From: Bacteroidia bacterium | GTDB lineage: Bacteria > Bacteroidota > Bacteroidia > NS11-12g > UBA955 | DNA length: 54,638 bases | Assembly: GCA_965655465.1 (NCBI GenBank) | Contig: CBFHGY010000005.1 | Coordinates: forward strand, 1 to 54,638 | Reading direction: 5' to 3' | Shown: piece by piece, positions 18,430-28,331 of the stretch | Layout: each line of letters starts with the position of its first letter | Position numbering within the stretch: position 1 is the first letter of the stretch | The notes under the pieces: generated by a model | What the model saw: only the letters and a program-made list of their open reading frames with translations | Told to the model about the DNA's origin: nothing | The model's database searches: none | Program-made: the position numbers and the translations under genes

Positions 18430-19562
18430 TGTTATACTATTTATTCAGATATCTCGACGAAATTGGAGTTAGCGGTGCTGGTGTTTTTAATTACATCACT
18501 TTCCGAGCTTCCTTGGCGGGTATTTTCGCATTATTATTTGCATTAATTGCAGGAAAACGCATTATCGAATATTTGCAAAAATTGCAAATTGGTGAAACCA
18601 TCCGTGATTTGGGCCTCGAGGGTCAGATGCAAAAAAAGGGGACACCCACTATGGGGGGCGTTATCATCATTTTCGCCATCCTTATTCCAACGCTATTATT
18701 CGCGAAACTCAACAATATCTATGTCATAATCATGCTGTTGAGTACATTATGGATGGGAATTATAGGCGGAATCGACGACTATATCAAAGTCTTCAAGAAA
18801 AATAAAGAAGGCATGAAGGCCACAACCAAGCTAATTGGCCAATTAATTTTAGGGATTATAATAGCTGCGACCATAGATTACACCCACAGCTCCAATAACA
18901 TACCCTTAGCGACAAATCTTCCTATCACCAAATTACAACTTAATTATTCTGAAATATTACCTGGCGAGGGAAATGCTTGGCTCCTTTTTATCCCTATTAT
19001 CATTTTCATCGTTATGGCACTTACCAATGCGGTGAATTTAACCGATGGCATCGATGGTTTAGCCGCAGGAACCAGTGCGATAGTGGGGGCAGGCTTAGGG
19101 ATATTAGCTTATTCAACCGGTCACAGAGAAATCGCAAGCTATTTAAATATTATTTACGTGCCAGACAGTGGCGAGGTGGTAATTTTCTTGGCTACATTAA
19201 TTGGCGCGTGTTTGGGCTTTTTATGGTATAACGGATTCCCCGCTCAAGTATTCATGGGTGATACAGGAAGCATGGCATTAGGTGGTGCTTTGGCAGCAGT
19301 TGCAATCATCATCAAAATGGAATTATTACTGCCAGTCTTATGCGGAATATTCTTCGCTGAAAGTTTAAGCGTGATTATTCAAGTAAGTTATTTCAAATAC
19401 ACCAAAAAGAAATTTGGTGAAGGGAAACGCATTTTCTTGATGTCGCCCTTGCACCATCATTATCAGAAAAAAGGGATACCTGAAAGCAAAATCACCTTAA
19501 GATTTTGGCTCATCACTGTAATTCTTGTACTGGCCACGTTGGCATTAATCAAATTGAGATAA
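18429..19562 (+). CDS. mraY: Phospho-MurNAc-pentapeptide transferase MraY
   Basis: KKGTPTMGG, DDY, NAVNLTDGIDGL, FMGDTGS, PLHHHY; ATG overlaps the murE stop (TAATG). Confidence 0.96.
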   Translation: MLYYLFRYLDEIGVSGAGVFNYITFRASLAGIFALLFALIAGKRIIEYLQKLQIGETIRDLGLEGQMQKKGTPTMGGVIIIFAILIPTLLFAKLNNIYVIIMLLSTLWMGIIGGIDDYIKVFKKNKEGMKATTKLIGQLILGIIIAATIDYTHSSNNIPLATNLPITKLQLNYSEILPGEGNAWLLFIPIIIFIVMALTNAVNLTDGIDGLAAGTSAIVGAGLGILAYSTGHREIASYLNIIYVPDSGEVVIFLATLIGACLGFLWYNGFPAQVFMGDTGSMALGGALAAVAIIIKMELLLPVLCGIFFAESLSVIIQVSYFKYTKKKFGEGKRIFLMSPLHHHYQKKGIPESKITLRFWLITVILVLATLALIKLR

Positions 19563-19570
19563 TCATAAAT

Positions 19571-20908
19571 ATGCAACAAAGACTTTCCATATTGGGTTCA
19601 GGGATAAGCGGAATGGGTTCTGCTATTCTTGGCGTGCGCCAATCATGGAAGGTTTTTGTTTCTGATAGCAAGGAAATTTCCCAAGAAAACAAAATAGCCT
19701 TGGAGCAACTAGGGGTTGATTATGAAGAAAACGGACATCATTTAGAAACGCTATTAAATTCTGATTTAGTCGTAAAAAGTCCAGGAATTCCTCGCAGTGC
19801 CCCGATTGTTGAACAACTGCTCGCTGCAGGGATCCCCGTAGTATCTGAAATGGATTGGGCGAGCCGATTCACAAATGCTACGTTAATTGGAATTACGGGC
19901 ACCAACGGCAAAACTACAACAACCCTTCTCACCTATCATATATTAAAGGAAGCAGGCTTCAGAGTTGCATGTGTGGGAAATGTAGGAACCTCGTTCGCTC
20001 AAATGGTAGCTGAGGATCCTCAAGATTATTACGTAATTGAAGTGAGTAGTTTTCAACTCGACGATACGTTCAGTACCCGTTTCGATATTGCCTGTTTATT
20101 GAATATTACCGAAGACCATTTAGACCGTTACGACGGGAAAATGGCAAACTATATCGATAGTAAATACCGTATAACTCAGCATCAAACTGAAGACAATTAT
20201 TTCATTTACGGCAGCGACTGTCCAATATTAAAAACCGAAAGCTCGAACCGAGAAATACAAGCCAATACCATTGGTTTCGGCTTTGAAGCAGTGGAGGCTC
20301 AAAATGCTGTTTTAAAAGGCACGCACATCGAAATTACCCGAAAAAATAAAAAATACACCATAGATATGAACAACTTTAACTTAAGAGGAAAACACAATCA
20401 GTACAATGGAATGGCAGCGGCTATTATTGCGAACATTTTAGAAGTACGTAACGAATCCATTCGCGAAAGCATGAGCAGCTTCCAGAATATGGAACATCGC
20501 TTAGAAAGTATCGCAAAAGTAAACGGAGTAGAATACATCAATGATAGCAAGGCTACAAATGTAAACTCCACGTGGTACGCCCTAGAAAGCATGGATAAGC
20601 CATTGATTTGGATTGCGGGAGGTGTAGACAAAGGAAACGATTACAAGGATTTAAAACCATTGGTTCGCGATAAAGTTAAGTTGATCATATGCTTGGGATT
20701 GGATAATATTAAAATTCACCGAGCATTTCAAGGGGATGTAGACATGATTATCAACACCAGCAGCGCAAAAGAAGCCGTTCACGTGGCTTCACGCATGGCT
20801 GAATCTGGCGACGCCGTTTTGCTTTCTCCAGCTTGTGCTAGTTTCGATCTGTTCGATAGTTACGAAGATCGTGGACGTAAGTTCAAGCAAGCTGTTAGAA
20901 GTTTATAA
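19571..20908 (+). CDS. murD: UDP-MurNAc-L-Ala--D-Glu ligase MurD
   Basis: VKSPGI, GITGTNGKTTT, EVSSFQL, NDSKATN, LLSPACASFD; start moved to ATG 19571. Confidence 0.96.
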   Translation: MQQRLSILGSGISGMGSAILGVRQSWKVFVSDSKEISQENKIALEQLGVDYEENGHHLETLLNSDLVVKSPGIPRSAPIVEQLLAAGIPVVSEMDWASRFTNATLIGITGTNGKTTTTLLTYHILKEAGFRVACVGNVGTSFAQMVAEDPQDYYVIEVSSFQLDDTFSTRFDIACLLNITEDHLDRYDGKMANYIDSKYRITQHQTEDNYFIYGSDCPILKTESSNREIQANTIGFGFEAVEAQNAVLKGTHIEITRKNKKYTIDMNNFNLRGKHNQYNGMAAAIIANILEVRNESIRESMSSFQNMEHRLESIAKVNGVEYINDSKATNVNSTWYALESMDKPLIWIAGGVDKGNDYKDLKPLVRDKVKLIICLGLDNIKIHRAFQGDVDMIINTSSAKEAVHVASRMAESGDAVLLSPACASFDLFDSYEDRGRKFKQAVRSL

Positions 20909-20917
20909 AAATCAAAC

Positions 20918-22120
20918 ATGAACACGTTTAAATCAATATTCAAGGGCGACGTTTATATCTGGGCCATAGTATTTATACTTTCGGTTATTGGTGTATTAAC
21001 CGTTTACAGCTCAACTGGAAACCTCGCGTTTGCCAAACAAGAAGGCGATACCGAATTTTTCCTACTTCGCCATTTGGGGTTTATCGTGGTTGGTTTGTTC
21101 ATCATGTTTGTGGTTCATAACATACCATTTAAATTTTATTCAAAGGTTTCTAATGGATTGTTATATCTGTCTATAGGACTTTTATTATTAACCCTCATGG
21201 TAGGGTATAAAATCAATAACGCACAACGGGTTATCCCCATTTTTGGATTCACTTTTCAACCTTCAGATATGGCTAAGGTGTTCTTGGTTATGTATATCGC
21301 CAGATTCTTAAGTAAACGCCAAGATGGGGTGCATGATCCGAAAGTGTTCTGGAGATTAATGGGAATGATAATTTTAGTAATCGGGCCTATAATTCCCGAA
21401 AACTTGAGTACGGCTTTGGTAATTATGGCTACCAGTACGATTTTGATGTTTATCGGGAGAATAAAGTTAAAATTCATTCTCATGCTGATTCTTTCTGGGG
21501 CACTAGCGGCTCTGAGCTTTTATGGCTTCCTGAAAATGATTGACATGGATAAATATCAACATACCCGTCTGCCAACATGGGAAAGGCGTATTGATAGTTA
21601 TTTGGGAGAAGATAAAAGTGGCGATAGCAATTATCAAAAAAACCAAGCTAAAATAGCCGTTGCAACTGGGGGTTTCTGGGGGAAAGGACCGGGAAATTCC
21701 ACACAAAGAAATTACCTGCCCCATCCATATTCCGATTTTATATTTGCAATTATCGTAGAGGAATATGGACTTTTCGGGGGCTTGATACTGATTGCATGTT
21801 TTATTGGATTAATTATTAGGGCACTGAAAATGGTTGTAGAAAGCCAAAGATCCCTTGCGGCGCTCATTGTTTTAGGGATAGCTATAAGCACTTCCTTTCA
21901 AGCTTTGGTGCACATGGGCGTAAGTGTAGGGCAGCTTCCTGTTACAGGGTTAACGCTACCACTTGTAAGTATGGGAGGAACCAGTATTTTATTTAACAGT
22001 ATTGCCTTTGGTATTATGTTGGGAATTAGTCGCCATATTCAAGAGGAGAAATTGAAAGCCAGCACCAGCGGACCTGGAAGTATTCAAAAATCGGAGGAGG
22101 ATAAAAATGAAGGCGCTTAA
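20918..22120 (+). CDS. ftsW: SEDS peptidoglycan polymerase FtsW
   Basis: Multi-pass membrane protein; FQPSDMAK, GKGPGNS, PHPYSDFIFAII, LPLVSMGGTS. Confidence 0.94.
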   Translation: MNTFKSIFKGDVYIWAIVFILSVIGVLTVYSSTGNLAFAKQEGDTEFFLLRHLGFIVVGLFIMFVVHNIPFKFYSKVSNGLLYLSIGLLLLTLMVGYKINNAQRVIPIFGFTFQPSDMAKVFLVMYIARFLSKRQDGVHDPKVFWRLMGMIILVIGPIIPENLSTALVIMATSTILMFIGRIKLKFILMLILSGALAALSFYGFLKMIDMDKYQHTRLPTWERRIDSYLGEDKSGDSNYQKNQAKIAVATGGFWGKGPGNSTQRNYLPHPYSDFIFAIIVEEYGLFGGLILIACFIGLIIRALKMVVESQRSLAALIVLGIAISTSFQALVHMGVSVGQLPVTGLTLPLVSMGGTSILFNSIAFGIMLGISRHIQEEKLKASTSGPGSIQKSEEDKNEGA

Positions 22121-23180
22121 GATAGTTTTCACTGGAGGTGGCACGGGCGGTCATATTTTCCCCGCAGTAGCCATTGCCAATGCCTTAAAATCCCAGTATC
22201 CCGAAACGGAAATTCAATTTGTAGGGGCATTAGGAAAAATGGAAATGCAACGTGTTCCCGAAGCTGGATATCCCATTTTAGGACTCCCCGTGCGTGGGTT
22301 AATCCGCAGCTTCAGTTTAAAAAACATCCGCATAATCATCGATGCCATTCGGAGTTATCAAAAAGCGAAATCTTTTCTTAATTCTTTTCAAGCCAACTTG
22401 GTAATAGGCACTGGAGGGTATGCAAGCCTACCTGTGTGCTTAGCTGCTTCAAAAATGAATATTCCTTTATTTATATGGGAAGGCAATAGTTTCGCAGGTC
22501 TTACAAATAAGTTATTACGCAAATCAGCAAAACGAATTTACTGTGGATTTGACGGTATGAATTCGCAATTTCCTAATGGCAATTGGATACATTCCGGAAA
22601 TCCTATACGCAGGGAACTACTTTCAGGAGTAAATACCAATGACGCGCTAGCCTATTTTAATTTTAAAGAGAAAACACCTTGTGTATTTATCACCGGCGGG
22701 AGCTTAGGAGCTAAAAGCATCAATGAAGCTGCAGAAATGAGCATCGAGGCTTGGCTCAAAAAAGGATATTCAATTATCTGGCAAACTGGCACAAACTATG
22801 TAAGCAACCGCAACCATCCGCGCCTATATTGCAATCCTTTCATTTCAGAAATGAAATATGCATATCATTTAGCCGATGTTGTGGTTTCACGATCAGGTGC
22901 ATTAAGCGTGTCTGAAATCATGGCATGTGGCGTACCTGCAATCTTCTGTCCATCTCCCAATGTTACAGATGACCATCAAACAAAAAATGCGCTAAAGGCA
23001 GTAGAGAGCAAGGGAGCAATATTAATTACCGACGCTCAAATTAGGCGTGATTTACAAACTGAAGTTTGTAGACTTCTGGATGATGTGCACACACTAGAAG
23101 CCATGAAAAACTACCTCTTAGAGGCCGCTAAACCCAATGCTACGAGTGAAATCGCGGCAGATATTTTGAACCATATATGA
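22107..23180 (+). CDS. murG: Lipid II GlcNAc transferase MurG
   Basis: GGGTGGHIFP, GTGGYAS, GNPIR, GGSLGA. Confidence 0.96.
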   Translation: MKALKIVFTGGGTGGHIFPAVAIANALKSQYPETEIQFVGALGKMEMQRVPEAGYPILGLPVRGLIRSFSLKNIRIIIDAIRSYQKAKSFLNSFQANLVIGTGGYASLPVCLAASKMNIPLFIWEGNSFAGLTNKLLRKSAKRIYCGFDGMNSQFPNGNWIHSGNPIRRELLSGVNTNDALAYFNFKEKTPCVFITGGSLGAKSINEAAEMSIEAWLKKGYSIIWQTGTNYVSNRNHPRLYCNPFISEMKYAYHLADVVVSRSGALSVSEIMACGVPAIFCPSPNVTDDHQTKNALKAVESKGAILITDAQIRRDLQTEVCRLLDDVHTLEAMKNYLLEAAKPNATSEIAADILNHI

Positions 23181-24565
23181 AACCTATTTCTGAATATACA
23201 CACGCATATTTTTTAGGAATCGGAGGCATTGGAATGAGTGCCATTTGTAGGTATTTGCATGAAATAGGCCTCACAGTTGCCGGGTACGATAAAACAGAAA
23301 CCCCATTAACCCGTGAATTGGCTGCGATGGGAATTAAAATAACCTATGAAGAAGGCACCCAACATTTTCCCACTTGGATGGAGCCGGAATTGGACCATAC
23401 TTTATGTATTATCACCCCTGCAATTCCCTCCAATCACCCACAATGGAATTGGCTTCAGAATCAGAATGTTCCTATTTTTAAACGGGCAGAAATCTTAGGA
23501 ATCATATCCCAAAATAAAACATGTTTGGCAGTTGCTGGAACACACGGAAAAACCACCACTTCTACCCTTTTAGCGCATATATTAAAGGAATTGAATTTTA
23601 ATTTCAGCGCCTTTCTCGGGGGGATCTCAAGCAATTTTGGATCCAACTATATTCGTAATCGCGTTGAAGAAACCCGAGTTGAACCTGAAATTATTGTGGT
23701 TGAAGCCGATGAATTTGATAGAAGTTTCCATCAATTGCATCCAAGCGCAGCAATTATTACCGCGATAGATGCCGATCATTTGGATATTTATGAAACCGAA
23801 GCTGCATTTAAACAAGCCTTTGAAATTTTCGCATCCCAAGTTAAACCATCTATCCAACCGCATTTATTTCTTTCTCAATCCTTACAATGGCCAACAGCAG
23901 CGGGAAATAATACCTATGGCGAGGATACGGAAACTACGTATCGCATTACACGAATTGACATCAAGGAAGGACATTATTATTTCCAACTACAATTTAAAGA
24001 CCAGATTCATAACTACAAAGCCGGACTACCCGGCTACCACAACGTTTGGAATGCCGCAGCTGCAATAGCGCTTTGTCACGGATTTTTGAATATTCCATTC
24101 GAATCTCTACTAAAACCAATTGAAAATTTCAAGGGAGTTAGACGCAGATTCGAGTATTTAATCCAATCGGAAGACTTGGTAGTAATTGATGACTATGCCC
24201 ATCATCCCACAGAATTAAACATGATCATTACTTCGGTAAAGGATTTATATCCTCAAAAGAAGGTCATGGGAGTTTTCCAACCCCATTTATTTAGCCGAAC
24301 TCGTGATTTTGCGCATGAATTCGCCAAGGCATTGGATCATTTAGATATTGTTTATTTGCTTGATATTTATCCGGCGAGAGAAGAACCCATACCCGGAATC
24401 ACTTCTGAATATTTAAAAGGTTTGATGCAACATCCTGGTGTAACCGTGATTAAGCAGGAAACTCTATTAAACGAATTAAAAGGGCAAAAGCCCGAAGTTT
24501 TACTCCTTTTAGGTGCAGGCGATATTGATCGATTGCGCCAACCAATAATGGATATATATGGATAA
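23177..24565 (+). CDS. murC: UDP-MurNAc--L-alanine ligase MurC
   Basis: GIGGIGMS, AGTHGKTTT, EADEFD, DDYAHHPTE, FQPHLFSRT. Confidence 0.96.
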   Translation: MKPISEYTHAYFLGIGGIGMSAICRYLHEIGLTVAGYDKTETPLTRELAAMGIKITYEEGTQHFPTWMEPELDHTLCIITPAIPSNHPQWNWLQNQNVPIFKRAEILGIISQNKTCLAVAGTHGKTTTSTLLAHILKELNFNFSAFLGGISSNFGSNYIRNRVEETRVEPEIIVVEADEFDRSFHQLHPSAAIITAIDADHLDIYETEAAFKQAFEIFASQVKPSIQPHLFLSQSLQWPTAAGNNTYGEDTETTYRITRIDIKEGHYYFQLQFKDQIHNYKAGLPGYHNVWNAAAAIALCHGFLNIPFESLLKPIENFKGVRRRFEYLIQSEDLVVIDDYAHHPTELNMIITSVKDLYPQKKVMGVFQPHLFSRTRDFAHEFAKALDHLDIVYLLDIYPAREEPIPGITSEYLKGLMQHPGVTVIKQETLLNELKGQKPEVLLLLGAGDIDRLRQPIMDIYG

Positions 24566-25364
24566 AATACGTATGGCCTTCAGTAAAAGACAGTGGATGA
24601 TTAGTGCGGTAATTATTGCATTTATACTCATCTTATTTACATGGAGTCGCATGAATTTCGCGGGGAAAAACAGAATTATTTCCGACGTTAAAATAGAAAT
24701 TAATAATCCTATTAAAGATTTTCAATTATTAACCAATCAAGAGATCAGCGAACGCATTCAAACCGCTATCGGCAATCCCATAGGTAAGTCTGCTGCAGAT
24801 GTATCACTTACTAAACTAGAACAGGCGTTGAATCAAAACCCAGAAATCCAAAACAGCACAGTTTATGTAGCGTTTAATGGCAGTTTGCACGTAAAAATTA
24901 CGGAACGTCAACCTATCGCCTTAATGGTAAATATTAAGGGTGATCGCTGCTATTTAGATACGAGTATGCGCATGATACCCTATAAGCACAATTCTCCTGC
25001 TCCGGTAATTGTTTTAAATGGGGCTATCAACCAAAAAATTGTTATTGGGAAAAAACTCAGTAAAAAATGGCAAGGAAAACTTAAGAGTCTACTTATATAT
25101 ATTCATGAAAATTCCTTTTGGGATAATCTCTTTGAACAATGTTATGTAGATAAGTTAGAGCGCATTTTGTTGTATCCCAACATCGGAAAGCATAGCATTG
25201 TTATGAACAACGCCGATAACGTAGATGAAAAACTCGCAAACCTCCGTCTTTTCTATGAGAAAGGGCTCAATCACGTGGGATGGAACACCTACCACACTAT
25301 CGATATATCATACCGAAATCAAATCGTAACGAAACCCCGTGTTTCCAATACTGAACACAATTAA
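24558..25364 (+). CDS. ftsQ: Cell division protein FtsQ/DivIB
   Basis: One TM helix, POTRA-like segment, ITERQPI, IDISYRNQIV; between murC and ftsA. Confidence 0.82.
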   Translation: MDKIRMAFSKRQWMISAVIIAFILILFTWSRMNFAGKNRIISDVKIEINNPIKDFQLLTNQEISERIQTAIGNPIGKSAADVSLTKLEQALNQNPEIQNSTVYVAFNGSLHVKITERQPIALMVNIKGDRCYLDTSMRMIPYKHNSPAPVIVLNGAINQKIVIGKKLSKKWQGKLKSLLIYIHENSFWDNLFEQCYVDKLERILLYPNIGKHSIVMNNADNVDEKLANLRLFYEKGLNHVGWNTYHTIDISYRNQIVTKPRVSNTEHN

Positions 25365-25403
25365 AAATACACTGTCCAAAAAGCACAACACACCGATACC
25401 ATC

Positions 25404-26780
25404 ATGAAAGGAGAAAAGAATAACATTATTGTAGGTCTCGATATCGGGACGACCAAAATATGCGTTATTGTTGGCCAGCTGGCCGAAAATGGCAAGATTA
25501 ACATTCTCGGAATAGGAAAATCCTCGAGTCAAGGAGGCGTATCAAGAGGAATGGTCGCAAACGTAAGTAAGGTAGTACAAGCCATTCACGAGGCCGTAGA
25601 ACAAGCAGAAAAGGCAAGCCACGTTAAGATAAGCACTGCCTATGTTGGCATCGCGGGCCATCATATAAAAAGTTTACAGCATCGCGGAACCTTAAACCGT
25701 CACAACGGTGATGATGAAATTAAAAAGGAAGAACTTCTTCGTTTGGAACAAGAAATGGAGAACTTGGTATTGCAACCTGGATTGGACATTCTTCACGTAA
25801 TTCCCCAAGATTATACTATTGATGGCGAGGAAGGCATTCGCGATCCCGAAGGACGTATAGGTGTACGTGTAGAATGCAATTATCACATTATTACTGGTGA
25901 AACTTCACGAGCAAAAATTATTGGGAAAGCGGTAAAAAATGCACAATTAGAGGTTGCTGATCTTATCGTAGAACCCGTAGCTTCTGCTACTGCCGTTTTA
26001 TCTCAAGATGAAATGGAGGCAGGTGTTGTATTAGTAGATATCGGTGGAGGTACCACAGATATTTGCATTTTTGAAAGCGGATTTATTTCCCATACGGCAA
26101 TCATCCCTATCGGTGGCGATCGAATTACCATGGATTTACAAGAGGCTTTTGGAATTCTGAAAGCACAAGCAGAGGAAGTCAAGGTGATGTATGGTAGTTG
26201 CTTCCCCACAGAACAAATGAAGAATGAAGTTGTGGTAATCCCAGGCTTGCCCGGCCGAGAACCTAAGGAAATTAGCGTTTACGCTATTTCACAGGTAATT
26301 AGAGCCCGAATGGAAGACATCATTCACAAAGTGGAATACGAAATATCAGTTTCCGGAGTAGATAATACCTTAAATGGAGGTATTGTATTAACAGGTGGCG
26401 GATCAAGTTTAAAAGAAGTAAAATCATTATTCAGCTTTGAAACCGGGTTTGATGTGCATATTGGAACTCCTGGTCAACATTTAGGTCGAGGTCAAGTTGA
26501 AGAAGTTCGTAAACCTTTATATGCTACAGCGATAGGATTGGTCATGAAGGGAATTGAAATAGAGCATACCTATGGCAGCCAATATGCACCCAATAAAATG
26601 GTCGACATAGAAACCAAAGCTGAAAATCTTCAAGAAGAGGAATTGGAAGTAGTGGAAGATCGTGGCCCCAGAAAGCCCCGAAAAGGACCTAGCTGGAAAA
26701 GTACGTATAATATGTCCATGTTTTCAGATTTGCTCAGACAATGGTTCAGCGATGAGGAAGATATAGATTTCAAAAATTAA
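25404..26780 (+). CDS. ftsA: Cell division protein FtsA
   Basis: GLDIGTTKI, DIGGGTTD, VLTGGGS. Confidence 0.96.
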   Translation: MKGEKNNIIVGLDIGTTKICVIVGQLAENGKINILGIGKSSSQGGVSRGMVANVSKVVQAIHEAVEQAEKASHVKISTAYVGIAGHHIKSLQHRGTLNRHNGDDEIKKEELLRLEQEMENLVLQPGLDILHVIPQDYTIDGEEGIRDPEGRIGVRVECNYHIITGETSRAKIIGKAVKNAQLEVADLIVEPVASATAVLSQDEMEAGVVLVDIGGGTTDICIFESGFISHTAIIPIGGDRITMDLQEAFGILKAQAEEVKVMYGSCFPTEQMKNEVVVIPGLPGREPKEISVYAISQVIRARMEDIIHKVEYEISVSGVDNTLNGGIVLTGGGSSLKEVKSLFSFETGFDVHIGTPGQHLGRGQVEEVRKPLYATAIGLVMKGIEIEHTYGSQYAPNKMVDIETKAENLQEEELEVVEDRGPRKPRKGPSWKSTYNMSMFSDLLRQWFSDEEDIDFKN

Positions 26781-26800
26781 TAAACCAAAACACACACACA

Positions 26801-28276
26801 ATGGAAATGGAATTTCAACCAGAAGTTACGTTAGATAAAATCATCAAGGTAATTGGTGTTGGCGGTGGCGGAAATAACGCCGTCAACTACATGTATAAAC
26901 AAGGTATTGAAGGCGTGGATTTTTACGTTTGCAATACGGATATTCAAGCATTAAGACATAGCCCTGTTCCAAATAAACTTCAATTGGGAGCCAGTTTAAC
27001 TTCTGGATTAGGAGCAGGTTCCTCAGCCTTGCGCGGCGAAGAAGCTGCGGTAGAAAGTGAAAAAGCAATTGAAAACATGCTTTCTGATGGTACCCGGATG
27101 GTGTTCATTACGGCTGGCTTTGGAGGAGGAACAGGAACGGGAGCAGCCCCCGTAATTGCCGGAATTGCAAAAAAGTTAAATATCCTAACTGTGGGTATTG
27201 TTACGATGCCGTTTAGCGATGAAGGCCAAGAACGCCAAAGGCAGGCTACAGAAGGAATTGAAAGAATTCGTCCACATGTAGATGCCCTTATTACGGTGTC
27301 CAATGATCGTATCGTAGATATGTTTGGAGATCTTACCTTCCTAGAAGCCTTTGCACAAGCAGATAATATTTTGTGTACTGCCGCTAAAGGTATTGCCGAA
27401 ATCATCTTTAAAACCGGTCACTTAAACGTAGACTTCAAAGATGTTGAGACTGCCATGACCAATAGCGGTCGTGCGCTAATGGGTACCGGTCGTGCAGGTG
27501 GCGAAAATCGCGCAAAAGACGCCGTTACTGCAGCGATCAAAAGTCCCCTTCTAGACAATACCAAAATTACCGGCTCTAAGCATATTTTAATCAACATCAC
27601 CTACGGAAGTAAAGCACCGACCCTTAGTGAAACCCGCACTATAATGCATTTCTTGCAAGAAGAAGCCGGTCATTCTGCCACTGTAAAAATGGGAATTACA
27701 TTAGACGAAAATCTTCAAGATGAAATTGCAGTTACCGTTATAGCCACCGGTTTTGAATCTAACGAAATTACCGAAGTTCCCGTATTTGAAACCGAACACA
27801 AAGAGGCATTTGTATCTAGCATTACTCAAAACAATATAGACGATGATATTATCATTGAAGATATTAACAGTATATCAGCACCATCTGATAATACACCAAG
27901 CCCAATAAACGAAACGGAAATTGATATTTCAAGCATTTATAAGGGATTTGAAGCGGAAGAATCCGAAATCGAATTGCCCATAAACAATCAAATCAAACCG
28001 ATAGAACAACCTCGAATACCTATTCACCAACACGAACCCAATCTAATACCATCACAACCCATAAACGATATCAGGATCAAACAAGATTGGCGTATGAAAC
28101 AGGAGAATGACATGAACATTCCCGCGTACAAACGCAGGAATATCCAACTCGCTAATGCACCATCAAGCCAAACCAGTCACGTTGAAAAACTCAATATCTC
28201 TCAACGTAATGATGCACAAAACGAACCCACTTTTCAGTTCACACCGAATAAGATGTTACATGACAATGTAGATTAA
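26801..28276 (+). CDS. ftsZ: Cell division protein FtsZ
   Basis: IGVGGGGNNAV, GGGTGTG, NVDFKDV; long linker; PAYKR and terminal LHDNVD. Confidence 0.97.
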   Translation: MEMEFQPEVTLDKIIKVIGVGGGGNNAVNYMYKQGIEGVDFYVCNTDIQALRHSPVPNKLQLGASLTSGLGAGSSALRGEEAAVESEKAIENMLSDGTRMVFITAGFGGGTGTGAAPVIAGIAKKLNILTVGIVTMPFSDEGQERQRQATEGIERIRPHVDALITVSNDRIVDMFGDLTFLEAFAQADNILCTAAKGIAEIIFKTGHLNVDFKDVETAMTNSGRALMGTGRAGGENRAKDAVTAAIKSPLLDNTKITGSKHILINITYGSKAPTLSETRTIMHFLQEEAGHSATVKMGITLDENLQDEIAVTVIATGFESNEITEVPVFETEHKEAFVSSITQNNIDDDIIIEDINSISAPSDNTPSPINETEIDISSIYKGFEAEESEIELPINNQIKPIEQPRIPIHQHEPNLIPSQPINDIRIKQDWRMKQENDMNIPAYKRRNIQLANAPSSQTSHVEKLNISQRNDAQNEPTFQFTPNKMLHDNVD

Positions 28277-28301
28277 ATTTCCTAGTGTATGTGTTTGTTA
28301 G

Positions 28302-28328
28302 AACCCTCAGTGAAAACTGGGGGTTTTT
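28302..28328 (+). terminator. Intrinsic terminator after ftsZ
   Basis: AACCCTCAG/CTGGGGGTT stem (one G:U pair) followed by a T tract. Confidence 0.7.
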
Positions 28329-28331
28329 CAT

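Noticed and set aside
16972-19562. murF, ddl and murB missing from the dcw cluster
   Set aside because: This is the usual Bacteroidota dcw arrangement; these genes are normally encoded elsewhere.
27780-28276. Long FtsZ linker and non-enteric C-terminal peptide LHDNVD
   Set aside because: Typical of Bacteroidota FtsZ, so not novel.
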